Origin: a virus
Length of the DNA stretch: 54,320 bases
IMG/VR virus record: IMGVR_UViG_3300031673_000059
Coordinates: 1-54,320 of that record
Direction: 5' to 3' (one strand)
In this document: positions 25,731 to 33,840 of the stretch, piece by piece
Layout of the letters: each line of letters opens with the position of its first letter
Numbering within the stretch: position 1 is the first letter of the stretch
Position numbers and translations under genes: made by a program
The notes under the pieces: model-generated
What the model was told of the DNA's origin: nothing
The model's input: only the letters and a program-made list of their open reading frames with translations
The model's database searches: none

Positions 25731-26084
25731 TCAGACCTCACAGACGATGTCGGCTCGAACCAATCGAGCGAACCCGTTCTTTTGTCGCTTTGCGGGCTTG
25801 CCGTCCTTCTTGTAGGCAACGTCGTGACCCTTCCACCAGTAGGCCTCGAACTTGGCGCCCCACGGGGAGAGCTCAAGCACCTTCGCTCGGCCTAGGAGGA
25901 TGGACTTGTCGCCCCTCGCGACTCGGAGAGTCGCGTAGTCGCCCTTTCGATCAAAGAAGACCTGGGCGTCCTTCCACGTCTCCTCCTTCCTAGACCCCAT
26001 CTTCTGGGTATGGAAGTTGAAGTCGTCAACCGGTTCGTCGTAGGTGATCTTGACCGTGCCGTAGCTGAAGTGCGTGAGGATCAT
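25731..26084 (-). CDS. Hypothetical protein.
   Basis: 117-aa ORF. Confidence 0.5.
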   Translation of the reverse strand: MILTHFSYGTVKITYDEPVDDFNFHTQKMGSRKEETWKDAQVFFDRKGDYATLRVARGDKSILLGRAKVLELSPWGAKFEAYWWKGHDVAYKKDGKPAKRQKNGFARLVRADIVCEV

Positions 26085-26127
26085 GCACTCTTTTACCCGG
26101 GGCGTCGGCTGTCGCCCAGCCGAGACT

Positions 26128-26307
26128 CTAGCAGCGAGTACCCTCAGGTCGGTTGAGCATCGTCTGGACAGTCTTCGGCTCCAACGCCTTGGTCAGGTTC
26201 TCCTTGACCTTGTCAGCCTGGAGCTTGGTGAACGACACAGAGCCGTCCTCTGCTGTGGCCATGCTGAGAGCGCCCTGAAACCAATTACAAAAATCTCTGG
26301 TATCCAT
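26128..26307 (-). CDS. Hypothetical small protein of 59 aa.
   Basis: The ATG at 26307 is preceded by AGGAGG. The track ORF starts at the GTG at 26322. Confidence 0.45.
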   Translation of the reverse strand: MDTRDFCNWFQGALSMATAEDGSVSFTKLQADKVKENLTKALEPKTVQTMLNRPEGTRC

Positions 26308-26315
26308 CGTGCCTC

Positions 26316-26678
26316 CTAGCACATCATTCGGGTGTCATGGCGACCACCGGATGGTCGCTTCAGCGCCTTGGTGGCTGTCGCTTGCGCCGTTTCGATCTTC
26401 TTCTCTAGCTCCTTTAGCTTCTCCTCCGACAGGGGCGTGAGCGTGTCGGCCCCTAAGTCATCGAGGAGCGAACGAAGCTTGTTGACGTCCACACCGTCGT
26501 GGACCGCCTGGAGAGCCCCCTGGACATTCGGGTCGTCTGAATGCGATGGGTCGATTTCGTGGAGGAAAACGAGGTTGAGATGTCTCCTGATGAGATCGGT
26601 CTGACGCTCATCAAGGGTCTTCGGGTCGGCCAGCTCGAATAGGCCCTGCAGCCAGTAAGCAAAGTCTCGACTAGTGAT
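26316..26678 (-). CDS. Hypothetical coiled-coil protein that lacks a canonical start codon.
   Basis: Protein-like frame (...LFELADPKTLDERQTDLIRRHLNLVFLHEIDPSHSDDPNVQGALQAVHDGVDVNKLRSLLDDLGADTLTPLSEEKLKELEKKIETAQ...) ending at the TAG at 26316. There is no in-frame ATG, GTG or TTG after the upstream stop. The best candidate is ATC at 26678, preceded by GGAGG. Confidence 0.4.
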   Translation of the reverse strand: MTSRDFAYWLQGLFELADPKTLDERQTDLIRRHLNLVFLHEIDPSHSDDPNVQGALQAVHDGVDVNKLRSLLDDLGADTLTPLSEEKLKELEKKIETAQATATKALKRPSGGRHDTRMMC

Positions 26679-26745
26679 GACGCACCTCCAAACCGTGAAA
26701 ACTAGAGCGATTTGGAGGCATTCTAGTAGAAACTAACGGAAATGA

Positions 26746-26982
26746 CTAGTCCGTTCCCTCGTAGCCGGCGAACCGGTCGTTAGGACCCTGGTCTTCATCG
26801 ATCTTGTGCGTCCACTCCCACGGGAAGTCCGAGATCTGACGTTGGCCGCATCTGACTTGGGTGAAGGTGATTACGGCGTTTATCTCATCCAACCACTGCT
26901 CGGCTGGTGGTCCTACGAGGCGCTGGATTGTGCCGTCGGCATACTCGAACTCAACCCTCACCATCGGCGACTTGTCGGCCAC
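26746..26982 (-). CDS. Hypothetical protein.
   Basis: 78-aa ORF. Confidence 0.5.
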   Translation of the reverse strand: MADKSPMVRVEFEYADGTIQRLVGPPAEQWLDEINAVITFTQVRCGQRQISDFPWEWTHKIDEDQGPNDRFAGYEGTD

Positions 26983-27352
26983 TTGACGACCCTCCTACAG
27001 CATCAACGATGTCATCCAGGATCATAACCCGTCGTAGGTAGGGCAGGACGATGTCTCTCACCCGATGTCTGTTGAGATAGCCACCAGAGCCGTCGTTCTG
27101 GGTGAAGGCCCTATCTCCGTTGATCGAGGACTCTCCGGGGATGAAAAGATCGACCCATAGACCTCGCAGCTGCTCGAACTTGATGTCCACATCCCCGAGC
27201 CGGCAGGTGATCATGGATCCGGATCCCCAGTTCACGGGTATCGACTTGCCGTGGAGCTTCAACAGCTTGAAGCATCGATCCTTGAGCTCTTTGACAAGCG
27301 CCTCTTGGGTAGCATTGTCTTCAGTAGTTCCAGTCTGATCGTCGTCCCACAT
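26951..27352 (-). CDS. Hypothetical protein.
   Basis: 133-aa ORF. Confidence 0.5.
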   Translation of the reverse strand: MWDDDQTGTTEDNATQEALVKELKDRCFKLLKLHGKSIPVNWGSGSMITCRLGDVDIKFEQLRGLWVDLFIPGESSINGDRAFTQNDGSGGYLNRHRVRDIVLPYLRRVMILDDIVDAVGGSSSGRQVADGEG

Positions 27353-27380
27353 GTCTGGGTTTTACCGGGTAGAACATGGT

Positions 27381-28121
27381 ATGACTCGAATGACGATCAT
27401 GAGAGGTGGACCGGGCTCTGGTAAGAGCTTTCAGGTTGCCCAGCTCTGCTTCACCAGGGACAAGGCTCCTGTCGTCTGCTCTGCGGACGAGTTCTTCGTT
27501 GATGACAACGGAAACTACAGCTTCGATCCCAGATGGCTGGGGAGGGCCCACGGCGCTTGCCTGAAGAAGTGCGTGGAGTCGATGGTCGCTCGGGAAAACG
27601 TCATCATCGACAACACCAACAGCAGTCCGACCGAGATGATCCCCTACCTGGCCTTGTGTCAGGCGTTCGGTTATTCCTGCACTGTGATCAAGGTCCTTTG
27701 CGACCGGAAGATCGCTTGGAAGCGGCAGTCGCACGGAGTGCCGGAGGACAAGTTCAACGAGATCCACTCCGCCGTTGAGCAGACCAAGGTCCCGTCCCTT
27801 TACCGGGGTGCTCCGTGGCTGACCGAGAGGGAGGTCAGGTCGGACGGACTCTATCGGCCGCATCCCAAGATCTACCAGCCCTACTCCGGAGCTCGGTGCA
27901 TCAAGTGCTCCGGCAACATCGTCTACAGCTACTCCGACGGGACCAAGGAGGGCTTCCGGTACTGTGACCACGAGGAAGACTGGTGCACGTGCCCTGACGG
28001 TCAAGAGGAGCCAGGGGAACCGTACGCTGGTCTCCCCCGCGAGTGCAACTGCGGGGTGAGCAAAGGCCTGCGGTCCGACCACGAGTCACAGTGTCAGGCG
28101 ACCTACATCCAGAGGAAGTGA
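27381..28121 (+). CDS. P-loop kinase of the AAA_33/polynucleotide-kinase family, with a Cys-rich C-terminus.
   Basis: Walker A GGPGSGKS and VIIDNTN. The start is placed at 27381 (MTRMTIMRGG...), after CCGGGTAGAAC-N5. Confidence 0.65.
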   Translation: MTRMTIMRGGPGSGKSFQVAQLCFTRDKAPVVCSADEFFVDDNGNYSFDPRWLGRAHGACLKKCVESMVARENVIIDNTNSSPTEMIPYLALCQAFGYSCTVIKVLCDRKIAWKRQSHGVPEDKFNEIHSAVEQTKVPSLYRGAPWLTEREVRSDGLYRPHPKIYQPYSGARCIKCSGNIVYSYSDGTKEGFRYCDHEEDWCTCPDGQEEPGEPYAGLPRECNCGVSKGLRSDHESQCQATYIQRK

Positions 28122-28723
28122 TGCTCGAAGAACGACAAAAGGAGCGAGACGCCGTCGCCGCCGACTACGCGGCTATCGGGGTTGAGATCGCCAAGGCCAA
28201 GCTGGCTAGCGAGCCCACCGAGGTTCTCATCGAACAGGCGGCCGAGCTCAAGGAAAGGCTCAAGGACCTAGACGAGCTCATCTCTCACCTGATCCCCAAG
28301 GAGGAGAGGCCCAGGCCGAAGATCGAGGACTGCATCCTGCGGCGGCTCTACAAGCTCAAGTGCCGGAACCTAAAGATGGGTATTTATGACGGCAAGCAGG
28401 GCTTTATCGGCATTCGGAGCAAGTTTGCGTCGCGCTTCCTCGACACTGAGTATCACTGGGACCAGGGTCCGCCTTACGGCACGGTGCACACGGCCATCGA
28501 TACTGGCGTCGATCTCCCCGCGCACATCTCGCTCTGCGAGGCGCCGGGCACGGTCGATCAGACTACTGACCGGTGGGTCGAGTTCGACAAGCCCATCGCC
28601 GATGGCGGTAGGGGCTGGTACTACGCCGATACTGGTGAGGCTAGCGCGGACATCGTACCGGTGGGAAAGACCAACACCGCGCTCTTCGATTGGCTTGTTG
28701 AGCAAGGCGCTGTTCCCGACTAG
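28121..28723 (+). CDS. Hypothetical protein.
   Basis: MLEERQKER... TGATG overlap with the upstream gene. Confidence 0.55.
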   Translation: MLEERQKERDAVAADYAAIGVEIAKAKLASEPTEVLIEQAAELKERLKDLDELISHLIPKEERPRPKIEDCILRRLYKLKCRNLKMGIYDGKQGFIGIRSKFASRFLDTEYHWDQGPPYGTVHTAIDTGVDLPAHISLCEAPGTVDQTTDRWVEFDKPIADGGRGWYYADTGEASADIVPVGKTNTALFDWLVEQGAVPD

Positions 28724-28798
28724 ATTCACCGCATGGACCGCTCGGGGCCTCGCAGAAATAGGGGACACAGAGATCGACTCTCCTGGGTAAGAGAGAGT

Positions 28799-29254
28799 AT
28801 GAGCGACGTCCAACTATATCGAGCATCTGTTGAGATCCTGGTCTGGCACCCTGAAGCTGAGACCTGGGACAAGCCTGACGAGAACCCCCGGCTACTTACG
28901 GTCACAAATCGGCGGTGGGGAGGGTTCTCCTGCCCTGGTGGAAAGGTCGAGAAGGGCGAGAGCCTGATGGCGGCCGCCAGACGGGAGTTCTTCGAAGAGA
29001 CTGGCTGCGAGGCCCACAACCTCGAACAGTGGATGGGCGGGGTTCACTATGACGCGCCGAAGGACGAAGGACCGCCGTGGTTCTGCATGGCATTCTGGGC
29101 CAACATCGGGGATCAGATCCCAACCCAGCAAGAGGAAGGGACGGAGATCGGCTGGCACACGCCTCAACAGCTGATGAGCGACTCTATCTACCCTGAGTGG
29201 TATCGATTCCTCTTCGCCCAAGCGGACATGGGCTACCAACTAAAGGACATCTAA
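28799..29254 (+). CDS. Nudix hydrolase.
   Basis: Nudix box GGKVEKGESLMAAARREFFEETG. GGGTAAGAG-N5-ATG. Confidence 0.8.
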   Translation: MSDVQLYRASVEILVWHPEAETWDKPDENPRLLTVTNRRWGGFSCPGGKVEKGESLMAAARREFFEETGCEAHNLEQWMGGVHYDAPKDEGPPWFCMAFWANIGDQIPTQQEEGTEIGWHTPQQLMSDSIYPEWYRFLFAQADMGYQLKDI

Positions 29255-29547
29255 TGAACTGCCCGATGTGTGACCGAGATCGAGACTTGACGTTCCATCA
29301 CTTGATCCCGCAGACGTGCCACAAGAACAAGTGGTTCAAGAAGAACTTCACCAGGGAGGAGATGCACGCCGGCATCGACATCTGCCGAGACTGTCACTCG
29401 GCGATCCACAAGTACATCCCCAACGAGAAGAAGCTTGGACGGGACTACAACACGATCGAGAAGCTGATGGCCCACACGGCACTAGCCAAGTACGTCGAGT
29501 GGCTCAGCAAGCAGCGACGGCAGGGAAGGTTTAAGGTCAGAGTATGA
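29254..29547 (+). CDS. HNH endonuclease.
   Basis: CPMCDRDRDLTFHHLIPQ...CRDCHSAIH. TAATG overlap with the upstream gene. Confidence 0.7.
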   Translation: MNCPMCDRDRDLTFHHLIPQTCHKNKWFKKNFTREEMHAGIDICRDCHSAIHKYIPNEKKLGRDYNTIEKLMAHTALAKYVEWLSKQRRQGRFKVRV

Positions 29548-29858
29548 AGGTCACGGTTAAGGAAGAGTTCGATCTCTTCGAGCTCTTCGTGCATGACACC
29601 GAAGCGATTCACGCCCTCTGCCCATACGAAGTGGCCGAGGCCATTAACGAACACTTGTGCGAATCAGGCTGGAAGGTCAGCCCGCCGGAGAGCCTGAGCC
29701 GGTTCACCCTCTTCAGTATCGATGATGAGGAGGAGGGATACCTGGAGCGCTACTACACCGCCCAACAGGTGAAGGATGCTTTCCCACCCGAGGTTGTCGA
29801 AGCCCTCGAAGAGATCAACGAACTAGAGTTCGATCTCAGCCCGAGGAAGCAGAGCTAG
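29544..29858 (+). CDS. Hypothetical acidic protein.
   Basis: 104-aa ORF. Confidence 0.5.
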   Translation: MKVTVKEEFDLFELFVHDTEAIHALCPYEVAEAINEHLCESGWKVSPPESLSRFTLFSIDDEEEGYLERYYTAQQVKDAFPPEVVEALEEINELEFDLSPRKQS

Positions 29859-30370
29859 ACTCCGTGGAGCAGCGCCGACCGTAGGTCATGATGGACCGGA
29901 ATCGGACCAGCTGGCGCCGGAAGGCCCAACGCGGTTGCGAACTTGTCCACACCGTTGGCGATGGATGCTAGGTAGCGGTTCTTGGGCGAACCCTCTGGGA
30001 AGCCCAGGACTACGCGATCGGGCCAAGTGGCGGCCATGAACCCGAACTCGACGTTGGTGGTGAACGCCGGCATATTCTCCAGGTTACGGGGCACCCAGAA
30101 GAGAACTCGCTCGGCACGACCTAGCGCCTGCCACTCCCACTCGACCTGGCGTTGGTAGTCGCCACACCAGCCCCAGTTCTCGTCTTGAGGGACGAAGACG
30201 TAGCCGGTGTAGCCGGCCTCCTCCAAGATCTCCAACGCTTCCTGCCGCCACCCCTGAACGTTCTTGTCGCGCGGTGTTGGTCCCGCCAGGAAGATGCTGT
30301 TGGGTGTGACCCCCCTCCGCGTCGGAGGCAGGTCTTGGGGAACGAAGACGACCTTAGGACCGATGGACAC
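29855..30370 (-). CDS. Nucleoside 2-deoxyribosyltransferase-like protein.
   Basis: IFLAGPTPR...WRQEALEILEEAGYTGYVFVPQ resembles the Nuc_deoxyrib_tr-like pattern. Confidence 0.45.
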   Translation of the reverse strand: MSIGPKVVFVPQDLPPTRRGVTPNSIFLAGPTPRDKNVQGWRQEALEILEEAGYTGYVFVPQDENWGWCGDYQRQVEWEWQALGRAERVLFWVPRNLENMPAFTTNVEFGFMAATWPDRVVLGFPEGSPKNRYLASIANGVDKFATALGLPAPAGPIPVHHDLRSALLHGV

Positions 30371-30611
30371 GAGCTCTCTCCTCCTCGATTGTCTGAGCCA
30401 CGTAGGCGCAGACCTCGACGATGCTGAGGATTGAATCAGACTCCTTGAGCTTGTCGCCGAATTCAGTCCTGGTCTTCACACCGGCCGCCTCGACCATGTG
30501 GGAAGGGAGGTGTTCTGCAAGCCCGTCGAGCATACGCCCTCGGATCTGAGCGAATCGCAGCTGGTCAGCGTCGCTGAGTGGGTCCGGCACTGGCTTTCTC
30601 CTCGTGGTCAA
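30354..30611 (-). CDS. Hypothetical protein, tandem paralog A.
   Basis: RFAQIRGRMLDGLAEHLP aligns with RFIAIKNRMIRDLATHLP in the neighbouring gene. Confidence 0.5.
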   Translation of the reverse strand: MTTRRKPVPDPLSDADQLRFAQIRGRMLDGLAEHLPSHMVEAAGVKTRTEFGDKLKESDSILSIVEVCAYVAQTIEEERARVHRS

Positions 30612-30828
30612 TGCAGACCGCAGTCCACGCTGTGATGTCGATGATCGCCGTCAACGTCTCGGATGTGTAGATGTGCTTGTGAAATTCGGCGCGATCCTTT
30701 GAGCCGGAGTTAGACAGCCAGTCGTCCGGCAGATGTGTGGCGAGGTCGCGGATCATCCGGTTCTTGATTGCGATAAACCTAGCATTCACGATCGGGTCTT
30801 GGGGGCTTGGACCGGTCGGCTCGTTCAT
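30565..30828 (-). CDS. Hypothetical protein, tandem paralog B.
   Basis: Paralog of 30354..30611. Confidence 0.5.
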   Translation of the reverse strand: MNEPTGPSPQDPIVNARFIAIKNRMIRDLATHLPDDWLSNSGSKDRAEFHKHIYTSETLTAIIDITAWTAVCIDHEEKASAGPTQRR

Positions 30829-30918
30829 ACAACTCCTCCGAGTACCACAGGGTAAATCAAATCCTTCCTCCGTGGCAGCAACGCGGTTAAAAACGACACG
30901 GTGACTAAGGCCGGTGCG

Positions 30919-31161
30919 TTATCCACCCTTAGTTAAGGCGTAGGCCATGACCTCAAGGACGGTTACGACTCGCCAGCCATCGGGTCCCTGAAGGTTCCAG
31001 CCGCCGGACATCGTAACTTTTCTTGTGATCGGGTCGACGCTATCTGCTATCGCAAACACCCCGTTCTTAGACTCTCGGACCAAGTAGGTTGAATGGCAAC
31101 CGTCGCCGATCCACCTGGCTTTCGTCGACATGATCAACTGGCCTTCGACAAACCGTTCCAT
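30919..31161 (-). CDS. Hypothetical protein.
   Basis: The start is at the ATG at 31161 (MERFVEG...), preceded by GGTAGAAG-N5. Confidence 0.5.
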   Translation of the reverse strand: MERFVEGQLIMSTKARWIGDGCHSTYLVRESKNGVFAIADSVDPITRKVTMSGGWNLQGPDGWRVVTVLEVMAYALTKGG

Positions 31162-31196
31162 AAGCACTTCTACCGCGTTCGGAGGTAGAACCAGTC

Positions 31197-31505
31197 ATGT
31201 CCACCGAGACGATCACCGAAACCGATACGACCACCAGGCTCATCCCGCCCTGGCACGTGATACTCCTCAACGACGACGACCACAGCTTCGAGTATGTCAT
31301 CGCCATGCTCTACGCGGTCTTCGGGTTTCCCCCTACCAAGGGGTTTAAGCACGCCGAGGAGGTCGACGCGACCGGTCGGACCATCTTGATTACTACCAGT
31401 CGTGAGCACGCCGAGCTGAAGCAGGAACAGTGTCACGCCTTCGGCCCCGACCCCCTAGTCCCCAGGTGCAAGGGATCCATGACCTGCATCATTGAGCCAG
31501 CATGA
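31197..31505 (+). CDS. clpS: ATP-dependent Clp protease adaptor ClpS.
   Basis: PPWHVILLNDDDHSFEYVIAMLYAVFGF...EVDATGRTILITTSREHAELKQEQ matches the ClpS core. GGAGGTAGAAC-N5-ATG. Confidence 0.8.
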   Translation: MSTETITETDTTTRLIPPWHVILLNDDDHSFEYVIAMLYAVFGFPPTKGFKHAEEVDATGRTILITTSREHAELKQEQCHAFGPDPLVPRCKGSMTCIIEPA

Positions 31506-31810
31506 GCGACGACAAGACACCTCTCAACGCGACGAGACTCGCTGCGATCTACGAGACCGCCAAAGTGTGGTCCGTAGACCGGTGCGAAGGCGCGTATCAC
31601 CAGGACGGCTGTAAGTGTGTGAGGCGCAGTCCTCTGTCCGGGCCGGCGGCCGAGATGATCGAGGAGATCAGACGCCTTCGACAGATCGCGGAGGACACAG
31701 TCAAGCAGTCGGCCCTAGTTGAGGGTCCAGACGGGCCGAAGGTGATGATCAGCTACGAGAGCTTCCGTCAGTTAGCGGAGGCGGCCAAAGACAACGAGCG
31801 ATATGACTAA
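31502..31810 (+). CDS. Hypothetical protein.
   Basis: 102-aa ORF. Confidence 0.5.
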   Translation: MSDDKTPLNATRLAAIYETAKVWSVDRCEGAYHQDGCKCVRRSPLSGPAAEMIEEIRRLRQIAEDTVKQSALVEGPDGPKVMISYESFRQLAEAAKDNERYD

Positions 31811-31985
31811 GACTCACTACACTTGTCAGGCCATGGTGCGAGGTACCAGTAAAGCTGGGTGTCATCAGGAGATTCAGGCGGCCGCACGAGACTACAAGAC
31901 TTTGCGATCAGCTGGCTGGGCTCACAACGGAAACTACCGTCGGGATCACTGGAAGTGCCCAGCGTGCAAACCGGAGAATATCTGA
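31803..31985 (+). CDS. Small Cys/His protein.
   Basis: 60-aa ORF. Confidence 0.45.
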   Translation: MTKTHYTCQAMVRGTSKAGCHQEIQAAARDYKTLRSAGWAHNGNYRRDHWKCPACKPENI

Positions 31986-32488
31986 TGGGAATGAGCTACA
32001 GGACCTACGTGGGGCCCTATCTCTGGTGCAGTGTTCGGACCCGACCGGCGACAAAGGAGATCAGGCTCTGCGCGCGGTCGGAGTGCCGGTTCTTCCGAGA
32101 GAGCAGTCCCATGCCCAGCGACAGCAACTTCTGCCCCCAATGCGGCACACCGGCCGTAGACAAGATCGTCGAGGTCGAGGGACAGGTCGAAGAGATCCTC
32201 AGCAGCTGCGATCTCATGGAGGCCACCAACGAGAATCTAGTTCCGGTCAACAACAACTACGCGGACGCCGGGGTCCACCTGTTCGTCTCGAACCTCGCCA
32301 AGGCTCCGGGCCTTCGACTGGAGAGGGGAGGAGATCTCGGCGAGATCATGCAGTATGACGGTGTGATCATTGATCAAGAGCTCACGGCCTTCAGGGAGCG
32401 GCACGCCGATGATCTGGAGATCGTCTACGAGCACTACGGCGAGGATCGTGTTGAGGTCCGGTGGGGCGTGTTGGCCTCTTACGGGTGA
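31985..32488 (+). CDS. Hypothetical protein with a zinc ribbon.
   Basis: MGMSYRTY...CARSECRFF...CPQCG. TGATG overlap with the upstream gene. Confidence 0.5.
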   Translation: MGMSYRTYVGPYLWCSVRTRPATKEIRLCARSECRFFRESSPMPSDSNFCPQCGTPAVDKIVEVEGQVEEILSSCDLMEATNENLVPVNNNYADAGVHLFVSNLAKAPGLRLERGGDLGEIMQYDGVIIDQELTAFRERHADDLEIVYEHYGEDRVEVRWGVLASYG

Positions 32489-32808
32489 AAAAGACGAAGA
32501 TCGTGAACTGTCTACGCGAAGAGTTCGATGTGTATATCGGACGAGCGGGCAAGGGTCACGACGGAACCTTCGGTAATCCGTTCAGGCGCGGCCCGGACGA
32601 CCCCCCAGGCTCGACGCTCATCAAGTTCGAGGAGTATTTCCTCAAGCGCGTCGAGGAGGACCAGGAGTTCCGAGAGAAGGTTCTCGCCCTAAAGGGTAAG
32701 AGGTTAGGATGCTTCTGTCCGCCTAAGAGGGCGTGCCACGGTCGCACCTATGTCAGGTGGCTGGACGGCGAACCCGAGCCAAAGGCGGAGCAGCTGGAGT
32801 TCTTCTGA
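32485..32808 (+). CDS. DUF4326 family protein.
   Basis: KIVNCLREEFDVYIGRAGKGHDGTFGNPF...LKGKRLGCFCPPKRACHG. The GTG start overlaps the upstream TGA. Confidence 0.65.
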   Translation: MKKTKIVNCLREEFDVYIGRAGKGHDGTFGNPFRRGPDDPPGSTLIKFEEYFLKRVEEDQEFREKVLALKGKRLGCFCPPKRACHGRTYVRWLDGEPEPKAEQLEFF

Positions 32809-33128
32809 TGACCGAGCCTGAGAAATACGACTACACGACGCCGGCCGTGGTGAAGAAGATTCTGACCCCTGGCATGGCTCTGGACATCACGTTGGAGCAG
32901 GCTCAAGAGGCCATCAAGGATCTCGCGAAGGCGCTCCAGGACACGCGTGAGCGTTACACCGCTCTGGAGTACAAGCACCACAAGGCTATGTCCGATGTCG
33001 AGATCCGGCTGGCGCAGGCACGGGGGCAGAAGCCCGACCAGCCGAAGTATCAGGACGGCATTCGCTATGCCTCCGAGACCCCCCGTCCCATGGGCCCGGA
33101 CGGTTTCCCGCAGCGAGGCATCGTCTAG
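32808..33128 (+). CDS. Hypothetical protein.
   Basis: MTEPEKYDY... TGATG overlap with the upstream gene. Confidence 0.5.
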   Translation: MTEPEKYDYTTPAVVKKILTPGMALDITLEQAQEAIKDLAKALQDTRERYTALEYKHHKAMSDVEIRLAQARGQKPDQPKYQDGIRYASETPRPMGPDGFPQRGIV

Positions 33129-33146
33129 CGCCGGGTAGAACACGGT

Positions 33147-33485
33147 ATGAGAGAGCCCCCGTACGACAAGATCGAGCTGATAGACCTCAAGCCGTGCCCG
33201 TTTTGCGGTCATACGCAGCGGGGAGTGGAGCCGAACACTAGGGTCCGGATCATGTTCGTCGGTATGGCCGTCTACGTACAGTGTGGGCGCTGTCGTGCGA
33301 TAGGGTCTAGTGTAGGGATACCGGGCCACATTGATGAGCTTGGTGCGTTTATGGATATGGTTGCCGACGTAGACATCTTCGGCCTCCCGTCAAACCCTCG
33401 GGCATTCAACGACTGTGAACTCGATCTCTGGATGTCGCAGCTCGCCGCCAAGTTCTGGAACAACCGAAAGCCCCAGCGAGCGTGA
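33147..33485 (+). CDS. Lar-like restriction-alleviation / zinc-ribbon protein.
   Basis: LKPCPFCGHTQ...VQCGRCRAIG. CCGGGTAGAAC-N5-ATG. Confidence 0.5.
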   Translation: MREPPYDKIELIDLKPCPFCGHTQRGVEPNTRVRIMFVGMAVYVQCGRCRAIGSSVGIPGHIDELGAFMDMVADVDIFGLPSNPRAFNDCELDLWMSQLAAKFWNNRKPQRA

Positions 33486-33703
33486 TGGACCACCACGCAC
33501 TGCTCTATTCCCACGCTGTCGTCCAGGCCGCCCGGGTCGGTCTGCCTCTGCACTGGGAGGAAGACATCATGACCTTCACCGCCCCGGGGCATGACGACTG
33601 GATCATCGGTTGGTGCCCCAACACCTTCAATCAGCTGCGGATCAAGGTGATGAGGTTTCACCAACCTGAGGACGCCTACCCGGACATCAAGCGGGAGTGT
33701 TGA
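33482..33703 (+). CDS. Hypothetical protein.
   Basis: 73-aa ORF. It is followed in frame by a 46-codon protein-like extension after the TGA (see findings). Confidence 0.5.
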   Translation: MMDHHALLYSHAVVQAARVGLPLHWEEDIMTFTAPGHDDWIIGWCPNTFNQLRIKVMRFHQPEDAYPDIKREC

Positions 33704-33840
33704 ACCTACGACTGGGAGGTGGGCGCCAGGCTGGTTGCCCAACTGATCGCGTCCAAGGACCCACTAGGGCTGGTCGAGTCGTGGGAGACGCCGGACAACT
33801 GCGAGCTGCCAGGATATGGCCGGGTGCGGATCGACAACGT

